This document shows positions 12,955 through 26,225 of a DNA stretch of 64,000 nucleotides, one piece after another. Position 1 is the first letter of the stretch; each line of letters begins with the position of its first letter. The translations under genes and the position numbers were made by a program. Source of the stretch: Mobula hypostoma (taxonomy: Eukaryota); assembly GCF_963921235.1 (NCBI RefSeq), contig NC_086097.1, positions 167,774,001-167,838,000 of the forward strand. The letters are read 5' to 3'. The notes beneath the pieces are model-generated. The model was not told the DNA's origin and ran no database searches. It saw nothing but the letters and a program-made list of their open reading frames with translations.

Positions 12955-13280
12955 TGGGCAGCGTAATGATTCAGTTGGTAGGCACTCCTTGCAGCACTGG
13001 AGACTTGGGTTCAATCCTGATCTCAACCAATGTCTGTGGGTTTTGAATGTTCTTCCTGTGAGTGTGCTCTAGTTTCTTCCCACATCCCAAAGATGTATAG
13101 GTTGGTTTTAATTGGCTACTGTAAATTACCCCTAGTGTGTGGGTGAGAGGTAGAATCTGGGGAGAGTAGATAGAATGAACGAAAACAAGGATTCATGTAG
13201 AATTAGTGCAAATGTGCCACTGCATTTGCCGGTCATTGCAGACTTGATGGGATGAAGCGTCTGTTTCTACGTTATATCTC
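12955..13280 (+). mobile_element. V-SINE (HE1-like)
   Basis: B box gggttcaatcc; V domain gtttcttcccacatcccaaagatgt...ttaattggctactgtaaattaccc. Confidence 0.75.
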
Positions 13281-13688
13281 TCTACGACTCCATGTACCAC
13301 CGCAGTGACTGTACTGCAGCCCATTGTTGAGGGAATGAAGGTTCACAGTGGTGAAGGCCACGTTGTCCACATTCTGTTTTACTGTCGCGGATAGTGCTGA
13401 TCTTCTGGAATCTTGGAATTGCACTCATCCAGGCAAGTGGAGAGTGTGGATGATGTGTGGGTGGTGGAAAGACTTCCAAGAGTAGAAAGGTGAGCCAATC
13501 ACTATAATAAGACTATTAAATGTTTCCCTAGTATGATAAGATGGACTCTTGACCTCACAATCTACCTCATTATGATCTTGCACCTTGTTGGCTACCTGCA
13601 CTGCACTTTCACTGCAGCTGTTATACATTGTTCTGCCTTCTGTTACTGTTTTCTTGTTCTGCCTCTGTAACAAATTGATCTGCATGAA

Positions 13689-14352
13689 TAGTCATAGTCA
13701 TAGTTATACTTTATTGATCCCAGGGGGAAATTGGTTTTCATTACAGTTGCATCATAAATAATAAATAGTAATAGAACCATAAGTAGTTAAATAGTAATAT
13801 GTAAATTATGCCAGTAAATTATGAAATAAGTCCAGGACCAGCCTATTGGCTCAGGGTGTCTGACCCTCCAAGGGAGGAGTTGTAAAGTTTGATGGCCACA
13901 GGCAGGAATGACATCCTATGACGCTCTGTGCTGCATCTTGGAGGAATGAGTCTCTGGCTGAATGTACTCCTGTGCCCACCCAGTACATTATGTAGTGGAT
14001 GGGAGACACTGACCAAGATGGCATGCAACTTAGACAGCATCCTCTTTTCAGACACCACCGTGAGAGAGTCCAGTTCCATCCCCACCACACCACTGGCTTT
14101 ACGAATAAGTTTGTTGATTCTGTTGGTGTCTGCTACCCTCAGCCTGCTGCCCCTGCACACAACAGCAAACATGATAGCACTGGCCACCACAGACTCGTAG
14201 AACATCCTCAACATCGTCCGGCAGATGTTAAAGGACCTCAGTTTCCTCAGGAAATAGAGACGGCTCTGACCCTTCTTGTAGATAGCCTCAGTGTTCTTTG
14301 ACCAGTCCAGTTTATGGTCAATACGTATCCCCAGGTATTTGTAATCCTCCAC
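13689..14352 (-). mobile_element. Rex1/Babar LINE 3' end, young, 5'-truncated
   Basis: ORF 13843-14439 (YKYLGIRID, GQSRLYFLRKLRSF, SFLPVAIKLYN); AATAAA then (CTATGA)n tail; inserted into an older LINE tail. Confidence 0.93.
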
Positions 14353-14719
14353 TATGCAAAACATAGTACGCAAAACAAACTTTTCATTGTATCTTGGAAC
14401 ATGTGACAATAATAAACCAATACTAATATCAAGTACCATAACTCCAACCTCCTCTTGTGCAAGTTTGTAATCTTATTGGAAGGTGAAACAGACTTTACTT
14501 TACTTTATACTTTATTGTCGCCAAACAATTGATACTAGAGTGTACAATCATCACAGCGATATTTGATTGTGCGCTTCGTGCTCCCTGGAGTACATTCCTT
14601 GAGGGCATTCTTAAGGGGGCATTTTCAATCATTGAAACAAAGTCCCGTTTTAGGGATCTGGACTGATGTTATTTTGGCAGGGTGCCTGCATTGCACGTGA
14701 GGTGCAGGAAGGCGCACGT

Positions 14720-15392
14720 TGACCACTTTCCATTTCATGTCAATGGCTCTGCCATGGAGAGAGTGAAGAGCATCAAGTTCCTTGGTGTACACGTAACAGA
14801 CAATCTAATCTGGACCCACAACACATCCTCATTCGTAAGAAGACACAACAACGTCTAGACTTTCTAAACAGATTGAGGCGTGCATGGCTCCTCGCCCCTG
14901 TTCTAACAATGTACTACATGAACACCATTGAGAGTGACCTGAGTGGTGACATCATTGTGTGCCACAGAAAAAATCACTGAGAAGATCATCAGGGTCTCTG
15001 CCCCTCTATTTGTGACATTTACCAAGAACATTGTAGATAAAGAGCACAAAATATTATTAAGGATCCCTGCCATCCATCCCACAATTTCTTTGACCCACTG
15101 CCATCAGGAAGCATCAGGACTTAGGAGTGCTGGACTGGGTACAGCTTCTGACCTTAGTCTTGAAGACTAATGGATTCCCTGCCACCACCAAAGTCTTGTC
15201 ACTAGGACAGTGAGCTGTTTACTGTCACTGTAATGCAGACTACATGAACTCTTGAATTATATTTTAGCTTATTTATGGTAATATTTTGTTTTATGTGCGA
15301 GGTGTGATGTATATTTTGTGGGTGCGCTGTGGTCTGGAGTAACATTGTTTCATTTGGTTGTATATATGTACAGCCAGATGATAAACTTGAAC
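14720..15392 (+). mobile_element. Older Rex1/Babar 3' fragment
   Basis: VERVKSIKFLGV...QRLDFL.RLR-like text and a 3' UTR ending gataaacttgaac. Confidence 0.75.
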
Positions 15393-15557
15393 ATGATCAC
15401 ATACATGCTTGGTTGAACAACAGGTCATTTCGCACTACAGATCCCTCCCAACCTTTATCCAGCCTTGTAGAACCCCACAGCGTCTGTACTTGAAAACGGT
15501 GCTTTCTACCTCTCTCATACATTGTTTTCCCCTATCAGTGTTCAGATTTCACATGAC

Positions 15558-15962
15558 ATAGTCATAGTCATACTTTATTGATCCTGGGGGAAATTGGTTT
15601 TCGTTACAGTTGCACCATAAATAATAAATAGTAATAGAACCATAAATAGTTAAATAGTAATACGTAAATTATGCCAGTAAATTATGAAATAAGTCCAGGA
15701 CCAGCCTATTGGCACAGGGTGTCTGACCCTCCAAGGGAAGAGTTGTAAAGTTTGATGGCCACAGGCAGGAATGACTTCCTATGACACTCTGTGTTGCATC
15801 TCGGAGGAATGAGTCTCTGGCTGAATGTACTCCTGTGCCCACCCAGTACATTATGTAGTGGATGGGAGACATTGACCAAGATGGCATGCAACTTAGCATC
15901 CTCTTTTCAGACACCACCGTCAGAGAGTCCAGTTCCATCTCCACAACATCACTGGCCTGACG
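15558..15962 (-). mobile_element. Rex1/Babar LINE 3' end (same family as 13689 and 34027)
   Basis: ORF 15706-15891 ends SFLPVAIKLYNSSLGGSDTL; same tail. Confidence 0.92.
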
Positions 15963-18394
15963 GAAGCCTGTTTTCCAGCAGGTGAGTGAGGGGGTTAACT
16001 AAACATGTGTTATCTTTTTTCACCCTTTTGAAGAGTTGGTTAGCACAGAAGAGTTGGGCTGAATGGTCTGTTTCTGTGCTGTATTACTCTATGACTCTGA
16101 GTTCACATTTCATTCAGTGTCCACTGTGAAGGAAAAGCTTTTTACATTGTGTTCTTGTCTGTGCTGATGAGAGAGCTTTGGTGGGGAGTGAGTCTGAACG
16201 GGTTATGGAGGGCTGTGCTTGGAACCCCACTGAGCTGAGCACAGCATTGCTGCATTGACGCATCTGCCGCCCAGCCCTGCCTGAGAAGTAGATCGCATGA
16301 CAGGCACCCAGCGTCAACCTTTTTGGAGGGTGTAATAAATTGAACTTTACTTTAGTTGGCAATCATTTTTGCCTCTTTATTTTCCCCTTGCATCCATCCC
16401 CAAACATCTATGAAAATTTCCATCAGTCCTGATGCAGGATTTCAACCCAAAAAGTAAACAAATCCTTTCCCTTCACAGATGCTGCATGGCCTCAAGTAGA
16501 TTGCTTGTTGCTCCAAATTCCAGAATTTGCATTCTCTTGTATCTCTCTTCTGTCTGTCCATTGCTATAAAACATGTGGGTCTTTTGCCTTTACCTCTAGA
16601 GAAATGCTTCCTTATTTTACATCACTGTCTTAACCATAACAACCAGCCAGCACATTGTCGGTTAATAGTTTTGTGGCCATATTTGGCTCTAGCATGAGTC
16701 TGGTCACCAATAAGTGGCTTAACTGCATGGCTTTCTCTTCAACACATCCACATGCACCACCCTGGCCCTCTCTCCTCAGAAGCTATCACCGTGTAGCTCA
16801 CCCCAAATTAAAATAACTTCACTATTATTCCAGCTTCTTGCTGGATATCTGCCCTAAAGCACCTAGGTCTGTACAGATTTAGACCAAACAGACATTTCAA
16901 AGGAATCTTGCAATGACACAGTTATAATGGAATGTAGACACAGGAAGATCTTTATATTAAACACCTTTTCCTAGAATGATACCAGAACACATCAGGAGAA
17001 AATGAGTAGGCAGGGGCTGGGACGAGAATAAAATGGCAATAGTATAAATGGGTGTTCACCACAGACTCAGTAGGCTGAAGGGCCTGTTCGCATGCTCTAT
17101 GATAAACCTTTCTACCCTGGAGCCAGACTCGTAAACCTTCATCTTCAAGCTATCCAAATTCTTCCTAAAGTGAAGTGACTGGAATTGCAGAGCACTTGAT
17201 GGTGTGTAGGGCTCCTTGTTCTAGATTGGAAACTCTGGGAAAGTTAACCTGACGCAGCTCTCCAAGCTTATGCAGTGGAGGGATTTAGTGGGGCCACAGT
17301 AGAGCAGATTGTTGTACTTGAGGCAGTCCAGAGAAGGGGCCACAAGCAGGATGTTTGGATTAGGAATTTGAGAGAAACCTCTTTACCTTGAGAATGTTTG
17401 CAATGTGCTGTGTGCCAGTACCTGGATCTATTCATCTACGAGGGTGGGGGAAAGGGAAATAGAAGAATCCTTTGTGTTTTTAGTGAGACACAGGTATGTT
17501 TAGGAAATGCATTCAAAGTGAGGGGGAATGTTTAAAGGAGATAAAAAAAAATTTTATACAGAGAGTGGTAGGTGCTTGGAGTGCACTGCTGGTGGTAGTG
17601 AGGGAATCTGATGTGATAGAGCCATTTAAGGTTGTTAGACTGATGTATGAACATGGAAGGACATGGATCATGTGCAGGCAGAACAGAATTTGTTTAATTC
17701 AATATTGTGTGCAACATAGTAATTGTGGACCAAAGGGTTTGTTTCTGTACTGTACTCTTCAATGTTCCAATGAAAAACATACAGAGAGGTTCAAACAACA
17801 TATTATATGTAATTATGCAAGACTTCGGTGCAATACAGCTCTCCTTACAACTCAAATTCGCAGTATTACTTTTTATTTGCATAGCTTGTCTTCTGCACCT
17901 TATTTGTTTGTCAGTCTTTGCCTTTTATGTATAGTTTTATGTAACTTGTATTGGATTTCTTTATTTCCCTTTAAGTGCCTGCAAGAAATCTCAAGATAGT
18001 ATATGATAACATTTGATACGTATTATAAACCAAAAGTAAATTATCTGATAATAAATTTATTTTAAGTTTGAACTTTGAATTAAATACAATTAGGTAGGGG
18101 CAATAAACAGTGGCTAGTTATCTGCCTGTGATGAGGGTGACTGGGGAAGCTGATGTTGGCCTTTGTGGACAAAGCAGTTTGAGAAGAGCTTTCAGTGAGC
18201 TGTGCAATGGTTGGTTCATATTATCCAATGGTCCATGGACAGGAAGACAGAATTTTAAAGTTTCAGGCAAAGTATACAAGTGATGTGAGGGAAAAGACTT
18301 TAAACTCAGAGAATATTTATAATTTGAAATTTTGACACTGGTTATCAATGAGCTTGAAAGAGTGCAGAGACAATGTGCAAGGACGTTGTCAGAT

Positions 18395-19002
18395 CTTGCG
18401 GATATTGGCAAACTTTCTGTTGGTGTGTTCTGCAGAGTGTATTGACTGGTGTGGAAGTGCTATTGCCTTTGAACAGAAAATTCTACAAAAAGTGTTGAAT
18501 TCGGTCCAGTATGTAATAGGTAAATCCCTCCCAACCGTTGAGCACCTCTGCATGAAACGCTGTCGTAGGAGGACAGCATCCATCGTCGGGGATCCTCACC
18601 AATCAAGCTATGCTCTGATCTCACTACTCCCATCGGATGGAAGGTGCAGGAGCCTCAAGACCTGGTTCAGGGACAGTCATCACCCCACAACCATCAGGCT
18701 CCTGGACAAAAGAGGGTAATTGCACTCACTTGCCCAATTATTGAGGTGTTTCCAAAACCAATGATCTCACTTTCAGGACTCTTTGTCTTGTTATTTCATA
18801 TTCTCGTTATTTTTTTGCAATTTATTTATATTTGCATTTGCACAGTTTGTTGTCTTCTACACTCTAGTTATCTTTCAGTGATCCTATTATCCTTCCATTG
18901 ATCACTATTCTATAGATTTGCGGAGTATGCCTGCAGTAAAATAAGTCTCAGGGCTGTATATGGTGACGTGTACTTTGATAATAAAATTTACTTTGAACTT
19001 TG
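18395..19002 (+). mobile_element. Decayed Rex1-type 3' fragment
   Basis: ILQKVLNSVQYVIGKSLPTVEHL...LLPSDGR...TTIRLLD; tttgaactttga tail. Confidence 0.75.
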
Positions 19003-19019
19003 ATATATAGGAAAAGTCT

Positions 19020-19410
19020 GGAAAGGTTAGGACGTTGTTCCCTGAAGTGCAGGAGTGTAACAGGTGATCTTATAAAGGTATACAAAATTATGAGTGGCAT
19101 AGATAGGGTGAATGCATGTAAGCTTATTTTCCTTGGGTTGGATAAGACTTGACCTGTCGATCATGGGCTTAGAGTGAAAGGTGAAATACTAAAGGGATCT
19201 CTGAGGGGGAGTTGCTTTAATCAGAGTGTGGAGTGATTGTGGAACGAGCTGGCAGCAGGTAAATACGGTTTTAATTGTAATGTTTGAAAGGAGCTTGGAA
19301 ACATCTGTGGATGGGTGAGGTTTGGAGGGATATGGGCCTGGAACAGTTCTGATCAGCATGGACTGTATTGGCCAAAGGGCCTGTTTCTATGTTGTAGTAC
19401 TCTGCCTCTA
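19020..19410 (+). mobile_element. CR1 3' fragment
   Basis: gatcttataaaggtatacaaaattatgagtggcatagatagggtgaatgca...gggcctgtttctatg. Confidence 0.75.
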
Positions 19411-20471
19411 CGATTGGAATCAATCTGCGCTCTCAGAGGAGAATTGCAGAGGCACTTGAAAGGTAAAGGATTTGCATGGTTCTGGGGAAAGAGCAGGATA
19501 GGGGGAGTCTTGTCATTGCTCCAGAAGAAGCTAGCAGAGACTGGATGAGCCAAATGGCTGACCTGTGTCCTGTCATGGTTCCCAGGTTCTATAACAAACT
19601 GTGCCTAAATACAAATCCGAGGCTGCAAGGTTTAGCCTTGATGCATAAGCTGCATGAGTACATCCAGCTTCCACAATGCCTTTCATTTTATTCCTGCAGC
19701 CTGCTGAGATTTAATTATTTTTAGCTCTGAGAAGCTGACAGCAGCGGAGAAGCAGAGTGGCGTGCACTGCACAAAAATACATTGCTTCTGTGGTATTGAG
19801 CAGTAGGTGGGTTAATCAAGTGCAGCGCTGAAGCTGGGGGTTTGCTTTCATGTCTATATATCTGCAGTAACAGTGAAGGAGGTGCCAGTGTGCAATATCT
19901 GGAGCCACCTGTGTTTTCATACATTCCTTCTCATTAGTTTGCTCCTCACAGTGTGCTGCTTAGAATTTGACTGCATGTTAAGAAGCTGTAATGAAGTCTG
20001 TTTACTACACCACCCCTCCACTGACTTGCCTCCAATTTGGCAGCAATGTCATATGAAGCCATGGAATCATGGAAATGTTAAAAGGGAAAGAGGCCATTCA
20101 ACCCATTGTGTCCATTATAATCAATAAAGATCTAATCACACTACAGCAAGTACTCGATTCATCCTTGTGGCTATTCAAGTGCTGTTTGAAAGTGGCGAGA
20201 GTTTCTGTGTCCAGCGTCCTTTTCTCTGGGTGGGAAAATAAACTTCACTTCTTCCCCTTCCCCGCCAATGCCTCTGATCAATTACTTAAGCCAATGTGTC
20301 ACTGTTGGTGACCTTCCTGTGAAAATAATTGGGTGTTTTCCTATTTTAGGTTAGAGGGAGCAGATTTGAAAAGGGTTTTTTACCCCCACCCTGAGTAGCT
20401 GGTATCTAGGATGAGCTGCCAGGAGAGGTGGTGAAGGCTGGAACAGCAACAACATTTAAAAGGCATTTGAA

Positions 20472-20786
20472 GGCCAGCTGGTGGTGCAACGGCATCGATG
20501 CCGGACCCAGGAGCTGAGGTTCCCGGGTTCGAAACTAGTCGGGTCTGCTCCCGAGTACGCTTCCCATCCGTGCCGGGTTGAGTGTCGAGACTGCAACTCG
20601 ACCTCGTAAAACAAAGGGAAAATACTGCAAAAATGTCTGTGTGGGGAGTGGCGTGCCACACAGTCTCTCCCTCTCGCTCTGCACATTGGAAAAAGCCATG
20701 AAAAATCCATCATCACAGACACATGCATGGACACACAGACGCACGCGCAGACTTGCACGCAGATGCACGCACATGCGGAAAAAAAA
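20472..20786 (+). mobile_element. tRNA-derived SINE with CA/CG-rich tract and poly-A tail
   Basis: A box tggtgcaacgg, B box ggttcgaaact, CpG-rich body, terminal A8; interrupts a CR1 3' fragment. Confidence 0.8.
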
Positions 20787-20819
20787 GAGGCATATGGAAG
20801 TGCAGCTGAATGGGCAGTA

Positions 20820-23040
20820 TTAGAGGGACATGCGGACCACTTGCGCCCTTTGTTTCACAGAATCCTGGTTAACTTCTGTATCGGACACAGTGATTCATAT
20901 TGACGGGTTCACTATACGCTGTCAGGATAGGTCTGTTGCGTCTCTCAAAAGTGGAGGTGGAGGTGTATGCCTCGTGATCAACTCCTCTTGGTGCACAAGT
21001 GTATCAGTATTGTCTCAATTCCGCTCACCAGATCTGGAATATCTCACAATTAAGTGCCGTCCATTTTACCTGCTGTTGAAGATTGCTGCGATCATTTTAG
21101 TTGCGGTGTACATTTCACCTCAGACCAATGTCAACCAGGTTCTGGATGATCTCAGCAATAGGATCAACATGCATGAAACAGCATACCCTGACGCCTTCAC
21201 CATCATTTTAGGGATTCTGGAAAAAGCCCCCCAAAAGCTTAGAGTCGCTAAATAAGTACCATCAACAAATCACTTGTAGTACCAGAGGAAACAACACACT
21301 GGACCACTGTTGAATCAAGAACACCTATCATGCTATTCCACGCCCACACTTCAGAAAGACTGAAGACTGTAGCACCAGTAGCGAGGACCAAGAAGGTATG
21401 GAAGAGGGAAGCACAGGAGCACCTACAGGACTGCTTTGAGTTGGTGGTCTGGACTGTATTCGGGGAAGATCCCTGCTGCACCTGTTGACCCTGTGATCTC
21501 TGTCTCAGAGGCTGATGTTAGGGTGTCGTTCAGGAGGGCGAACTCTCACAAGACAGCAGGCCCCAATGGAGTACCTGGTAAGTCTCTGAAAACTTGTGTC
21601 AATCAACTGGCAGGAGTATTCAAGGACATTTTCAGCCTCTCACTGCTGCGGTCAGAAATTCCCACTTGCTTCAAAAAGGCAACAATTATACCAGTGCCTA
21701 AGAAGAATAATGTGAGCTGCCTTAATGACTATGCCCGGTAACACTCTCATGTACAGTGATGTAATGCTTTAAGAGGTTGGTCATGATCAGAATGAGCTCT
21801 GCCTCAACAAGGACCTGAGCTCACTGCAATTTGCTTATCACCACAATAGGTCTATGGTAGGTGAAATCTCAATGGCTCTTCACACAGCCCGAGATCACCT
21901 GGACAATACGCATACCTATGTCAGGGTGTGTTCATTGACTATAGCTCAGCGTTTAACACCGTCATTCCCCCAGTCCTCTTGATACTCAGCTCCCTAACCA
22001 GAAGACCACAGTCTGTGCAGAGTGATGATATCTTCTCCTCACTGATCATCAGCACTGGTGCGTCTCAGGGGTGTGTGCTTAGCCCACTGCTCTACTCCGT
22101 CTATACCCATGACTGTGTGGCTAGGTATAGATCAAATGGCATCTACAAATTTGCAGGTGATGCAACCATTATTGGTAGAAACTCAGATGGAGATGGGAGA
22201 GCATACAGGAGCGAGATATACCAGCTAGTTGAGTGGTGTCATAGCAACAACCTCACACTCAATGTCAGTAAGACGAAAGAGCTGATTATGGATTTCAGGA
22301 AGGGTAAGCCGAGGGAACAGGAACCAATCTTCATAGAGTGTTCAGAAGTGGAAAGAGGGAGCAACTTCAGGTTTCTGGGTTTTAATATCTCTGAGGATCT
22401 AACCTGGTCCCAACATATCAATGCAGCTATAAAGAAGACAAGACAGCAGCTATATTTCTTTAGAAGTTTTAAGAGATTTGGTTTATCATCTAAAACACAC
22501 AAACTTCTACAGATGTACTGTGGAGAGCATTCTGACAGGCTGCATCACTGTCTGGTATGGGAGTGGGGGCTATAGCACAGGACCAAAAGAAGCTGCAGAA
22601 AGTTCTAAAATCAGTCAGCTCTGTCCTGGGTACTAGCCTCCTTAGTATCCAAAACATCTTCAAGGAGCTGTGCCTCAGAAAGGTAATGTCCATTTTTATT
22701 GACCCCCCCCCCCCCATCACCCAGGGCATGCCTTCTTCCTATTGTTACCAGCAGAAAGGAGGTACAGAAGCTTGAAGGCACACACTCAGCGATTCAGGAA
22801 CAGCTTCTTCCCCTCTAACATCCGATTCCTAAATGGATGTTGAACCCATGAATACTACCTCACTTTTTAAAAAAATATATATTACTTATGTTTTGGCACT
22901 ATTTTAATCTATTTAATATATATATATTCTTGTTGTAATTGATTTACTTTTTTTCCCTTTCTATACTGCTATATTGGACTGCTGCTGCACAGTTAAATTT
23001 CATGACACATGCCAGTGACAATAAATCTGATTCTGATTCT
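20820..23040 (+). mobile_element. Rex1/Babar LINE with endonuclease and RT, decayed and internally deleted
   Basis: APE motifs CFTESWL, GGGVCLVINSSWC, AVYISP; RT motifs AGPNGVPG, MFIDYSSAFNT, QGCVLSPLLYS, KFAGD; (TCTGAT)n tail. Confidence 0.92.
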
Positions 23041-23176
23041 TGTCATGGAAGGATATGAAATTAATAGAATTAGGTACACTATACAAAATTGAGGGGTATG
23101 GATAAGGTGATTGCTTACAGACATATTCTCCTCAGGTTGGATGAGACCAGAGCGAGAGATCATAGTTTTAGAGTGA

Positions 23177-24026
23177 CCATAAGACAAAGGAGCAGGTCGG
23201 TCATTCGGCCCATCAAGTCTGCTCCACCATTCTATCATGAGCTGATCCATTCTCCCATTTAGTCCCACCCCCCCCCCACCTTCTCACCATAACCTTTGAT
23301 GCCCTGGCTACTCAGATACCTATCAATCTCTGCCTTAAATACACCCAATGACTTGACCTCCACTGCCACCCGTGGCAACAAATTCCACAGATTCACCTCC
23401 CTCTGGCTGAAAAAATTTCTTTGCATCTCTGTTCTGAATGGGCACCCTTCAATCCTTAAGTCATACCCTCTCGTACTAGACTCCCCCATTATGGGAAACA
23501 ACTTTGCCACATTTATTCTGTCCATGCCTTTCAACATTCGAAATGTTTCTATGAGGTCCCCCCTCATTCTTCTAAACTCCAAGGAGTACAGTCCAAGAGC
23601 GGTCAAACATTCCTCATATGGTAACCCTCTCATTCCCGGAATCATTCTAGTGAATCTTCTCTGTACCCTCTCCAACGTCAGCACATCCTTTCTTAAATAA
23701 GGAGCCCAAAGCTGCACACAGTACTCCAAGTGAGGTCTTACCAGTGCCTTATAGAGCCTCAACATCACATCCCTGCTCCTATACGCTATTCCTCTAGAAA
23801 TGAATGCCAACATTGCATTCGCCTTCTTCACCACTGACTCAATCTGGAGGTTAACCTTAAGGGTATCCTGCACAAGGACTCCCACATCCCGTTGCATCTC
23901 AGAACTTTGAATTCTCTCCCCATTTAAATAATAGTCTGCCTGTTTATTTCTTCTACCAAAGTGCATAACCATACACTTTCCAACATTGTATTTCATTTGC
24001 CACTTCTTTGCCCATTCTCCCAATCT
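23177..24026 (-). mobile_element. CR1 LINE 3' end, nested in an older plus-strand CR1 (about 23050-24260)
   Basis: ORF 23259-24152 (WQMKYNVGKC, VRPHLEYCVQLWAP, NFFSQREVNLWN); host text resumes at gggaatctgagagggagtttcttcactcag. Confidence 0.93.
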
Positions 24027-25689
24027 ATACTTACAGGGAATCTGAGAGGGAGTTTCTTCACTCAGGATGGTTTGAGAGTGGAATGAGCTGCCAACAGAAG
24101 TAGTGGAGGCAGGTTCATTTTCAGCATTTAAGTGAAATTTGGATATGTACAAGGATGGGGGTGGTATGGAGGGCTGTGGTCCAGGTGCAGGTTGTTTGGA
24201 TTAAGGCGAATGAGTAGTTCAGCATGGACTAGATGAACCAGAGGTCTGTTTCTGTGACTCTAATGCAGGCAAGAAGGTATAGATAAGCACGATGGTCAGC
24301 ATAGATGAGATTCTCACAACATTGTAAAAGCATCTGGACAAACACATAAATTGCCAAGGCAAAATAAGCCGCAGAACAAGTGCCCTAATTTGGATAAATA
24401 TTTGAGAGTTGGCATGGAGAGTAGACCATGAGGTATAGGAACAGAATTGCATCATTCAGCCCATCAAGTCGACTGTACCATTCAGACTTCTTATCAAACC
24501 CGTTTTCCCGCTTTCTCCACATAACCAGTAACCCCATTGCCAATCAAGAATTTATTGATCTCTCCCTTAAATACACCAAATAACATTGCCTCCATAGCCT
24601 TCTATGGCAACAAATTCTACCGTTTCACCCATCCTCTGGCTAAAAATATTCCTCATCTCTGTTAATCCTGAGGCTATGCTTTCAGATCCTCAACTGTCCT
24701 ACTACTGGAGAGATCATATCCACGTCCACTTTACCTAGGCTTTTTGGTATCTGGTATGTTTCAGTAAGATCCCTGCTCATCCTTCTAAGCACTCATGATG
24801 GGTCAAGGGGCCTGCCTCTGTGCTCCATGGCTCTGTAACTCTCTACCATGTCTTCCTCTAGCAGTTTATTTTTGCTGTCTATTTCACACACTGTCTTGAC
24901 TTGGAAATTGTATTACCTGGGTCTAAGTTAATGGCTCTGTGAATATCTTCACCACAAGAAGGCAGTTCGCCACCAACTTCTCAAAGCTAATTAGGTATGG
25001 GCAATAAATAGTCACCTTGCCAACGACGCCTACAGCCCATAAATGAGTACAGAAAAAGCTGGAACGCTGAGGATTTCCTCCTACACTGAATTTGTGTGGG
25101 TGTTGCTGTGCATTCAGTTTTTTTGGTTTTTTTGCTGTTTACCAAGGAGGTCCCAGTTACTGTATCTGTCAATGCTCAGCAACAAGAGAAGTTGTGTCAA
25201 AGCACGCACTTCATTGTCCATAGAACATGCCCCTTTCTCAAGTAAACTGGTTTGTTTTCTTTTTAAAAGCAATATTCTTTGTTTTTCTTTATCTTGGTTT
25301 AATTTGTAAAATATCTGAAAATTAGAAATGTTGAATTTTGAAAAAATATTATAAGAAAGAAGGCTGCATCTGTACCAAGGATCCTTGCCATCTGGGACAT
25401 CTCTTCCTGTTAGTGCCAGCAGGGAGGGAACATAGGTTCCTGAAGTCCCATACTGAAAAAATTCAAAAACAGCTTCTTCCCCTTGTCACCAAATTTCTGA
25501 ATTGTCCATGATTCCATGAAGACTACCTCATTAATCCTTTTATTTGCACTACTTACTTAATTTTGTATCTTTACGCTGCATTGTTGCAGTGAAGCAACGA
25601 ACTTCACATCATATTAGTCAGTGATAATACTGATTTTGAAATATTCAAGGATTATATTGGAATAAAAATGGAGACAGCATATCCATTGG

Positions 25690-26225
25690 CCGACTGGTCT
25701 GCATTTGAAATATTGTGAGCGATTTTGGGCCCCATATCTAAGCAGTGCTAACCCTAGAATGACTCCAGGTTCAGAGGAATGATCGAGTGATTGAAAGGAT
25801 TAATGTATGAGGAGCATTTAAAGGTTCTAGGCCTGTTCTCAATGAAGTTCAGAAGGATGAGGGAGGAATCTTATTGAAACCGGCCGAATATCAAAAGGCT
25901 TGAATAGAGTAGACGTGGAGAGAACGCGTCCATTAGTTGTTCAGTCTAGGATCCAAGAACATAGTCTCAGAGTAAAGGGGACTGAGATAAGGAGGAATGT
26001 CTTCAGCCAGAGAGTAGTGAATCTGTGGAATTTATTGTAACAGAGGGCTGTGGAGGCCAAATCATTGGGAGTCTTTAAGGCAAAGAATGCTTGGTCAAGG
26101 GGTTAAGGGTTACGGGGAGAAGGTGGGAGAATGGGGTTGAGAAAAGCAGAATAAGATCAGCCATAACTGAAAGGGATAGCAGATTCAGTGGGCTGACTGG
26201 CCTGATTCTGCTCCTATATCTTACG
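25690..26225 (+). mobile_element. Decayed CR1 3' fragment
   Basis: gcatttgaaatattgtgagcgattttgggcccca (HLEYC..FWAP) through ctgattctgctcctatatcttacg. Confidence 0.8.
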
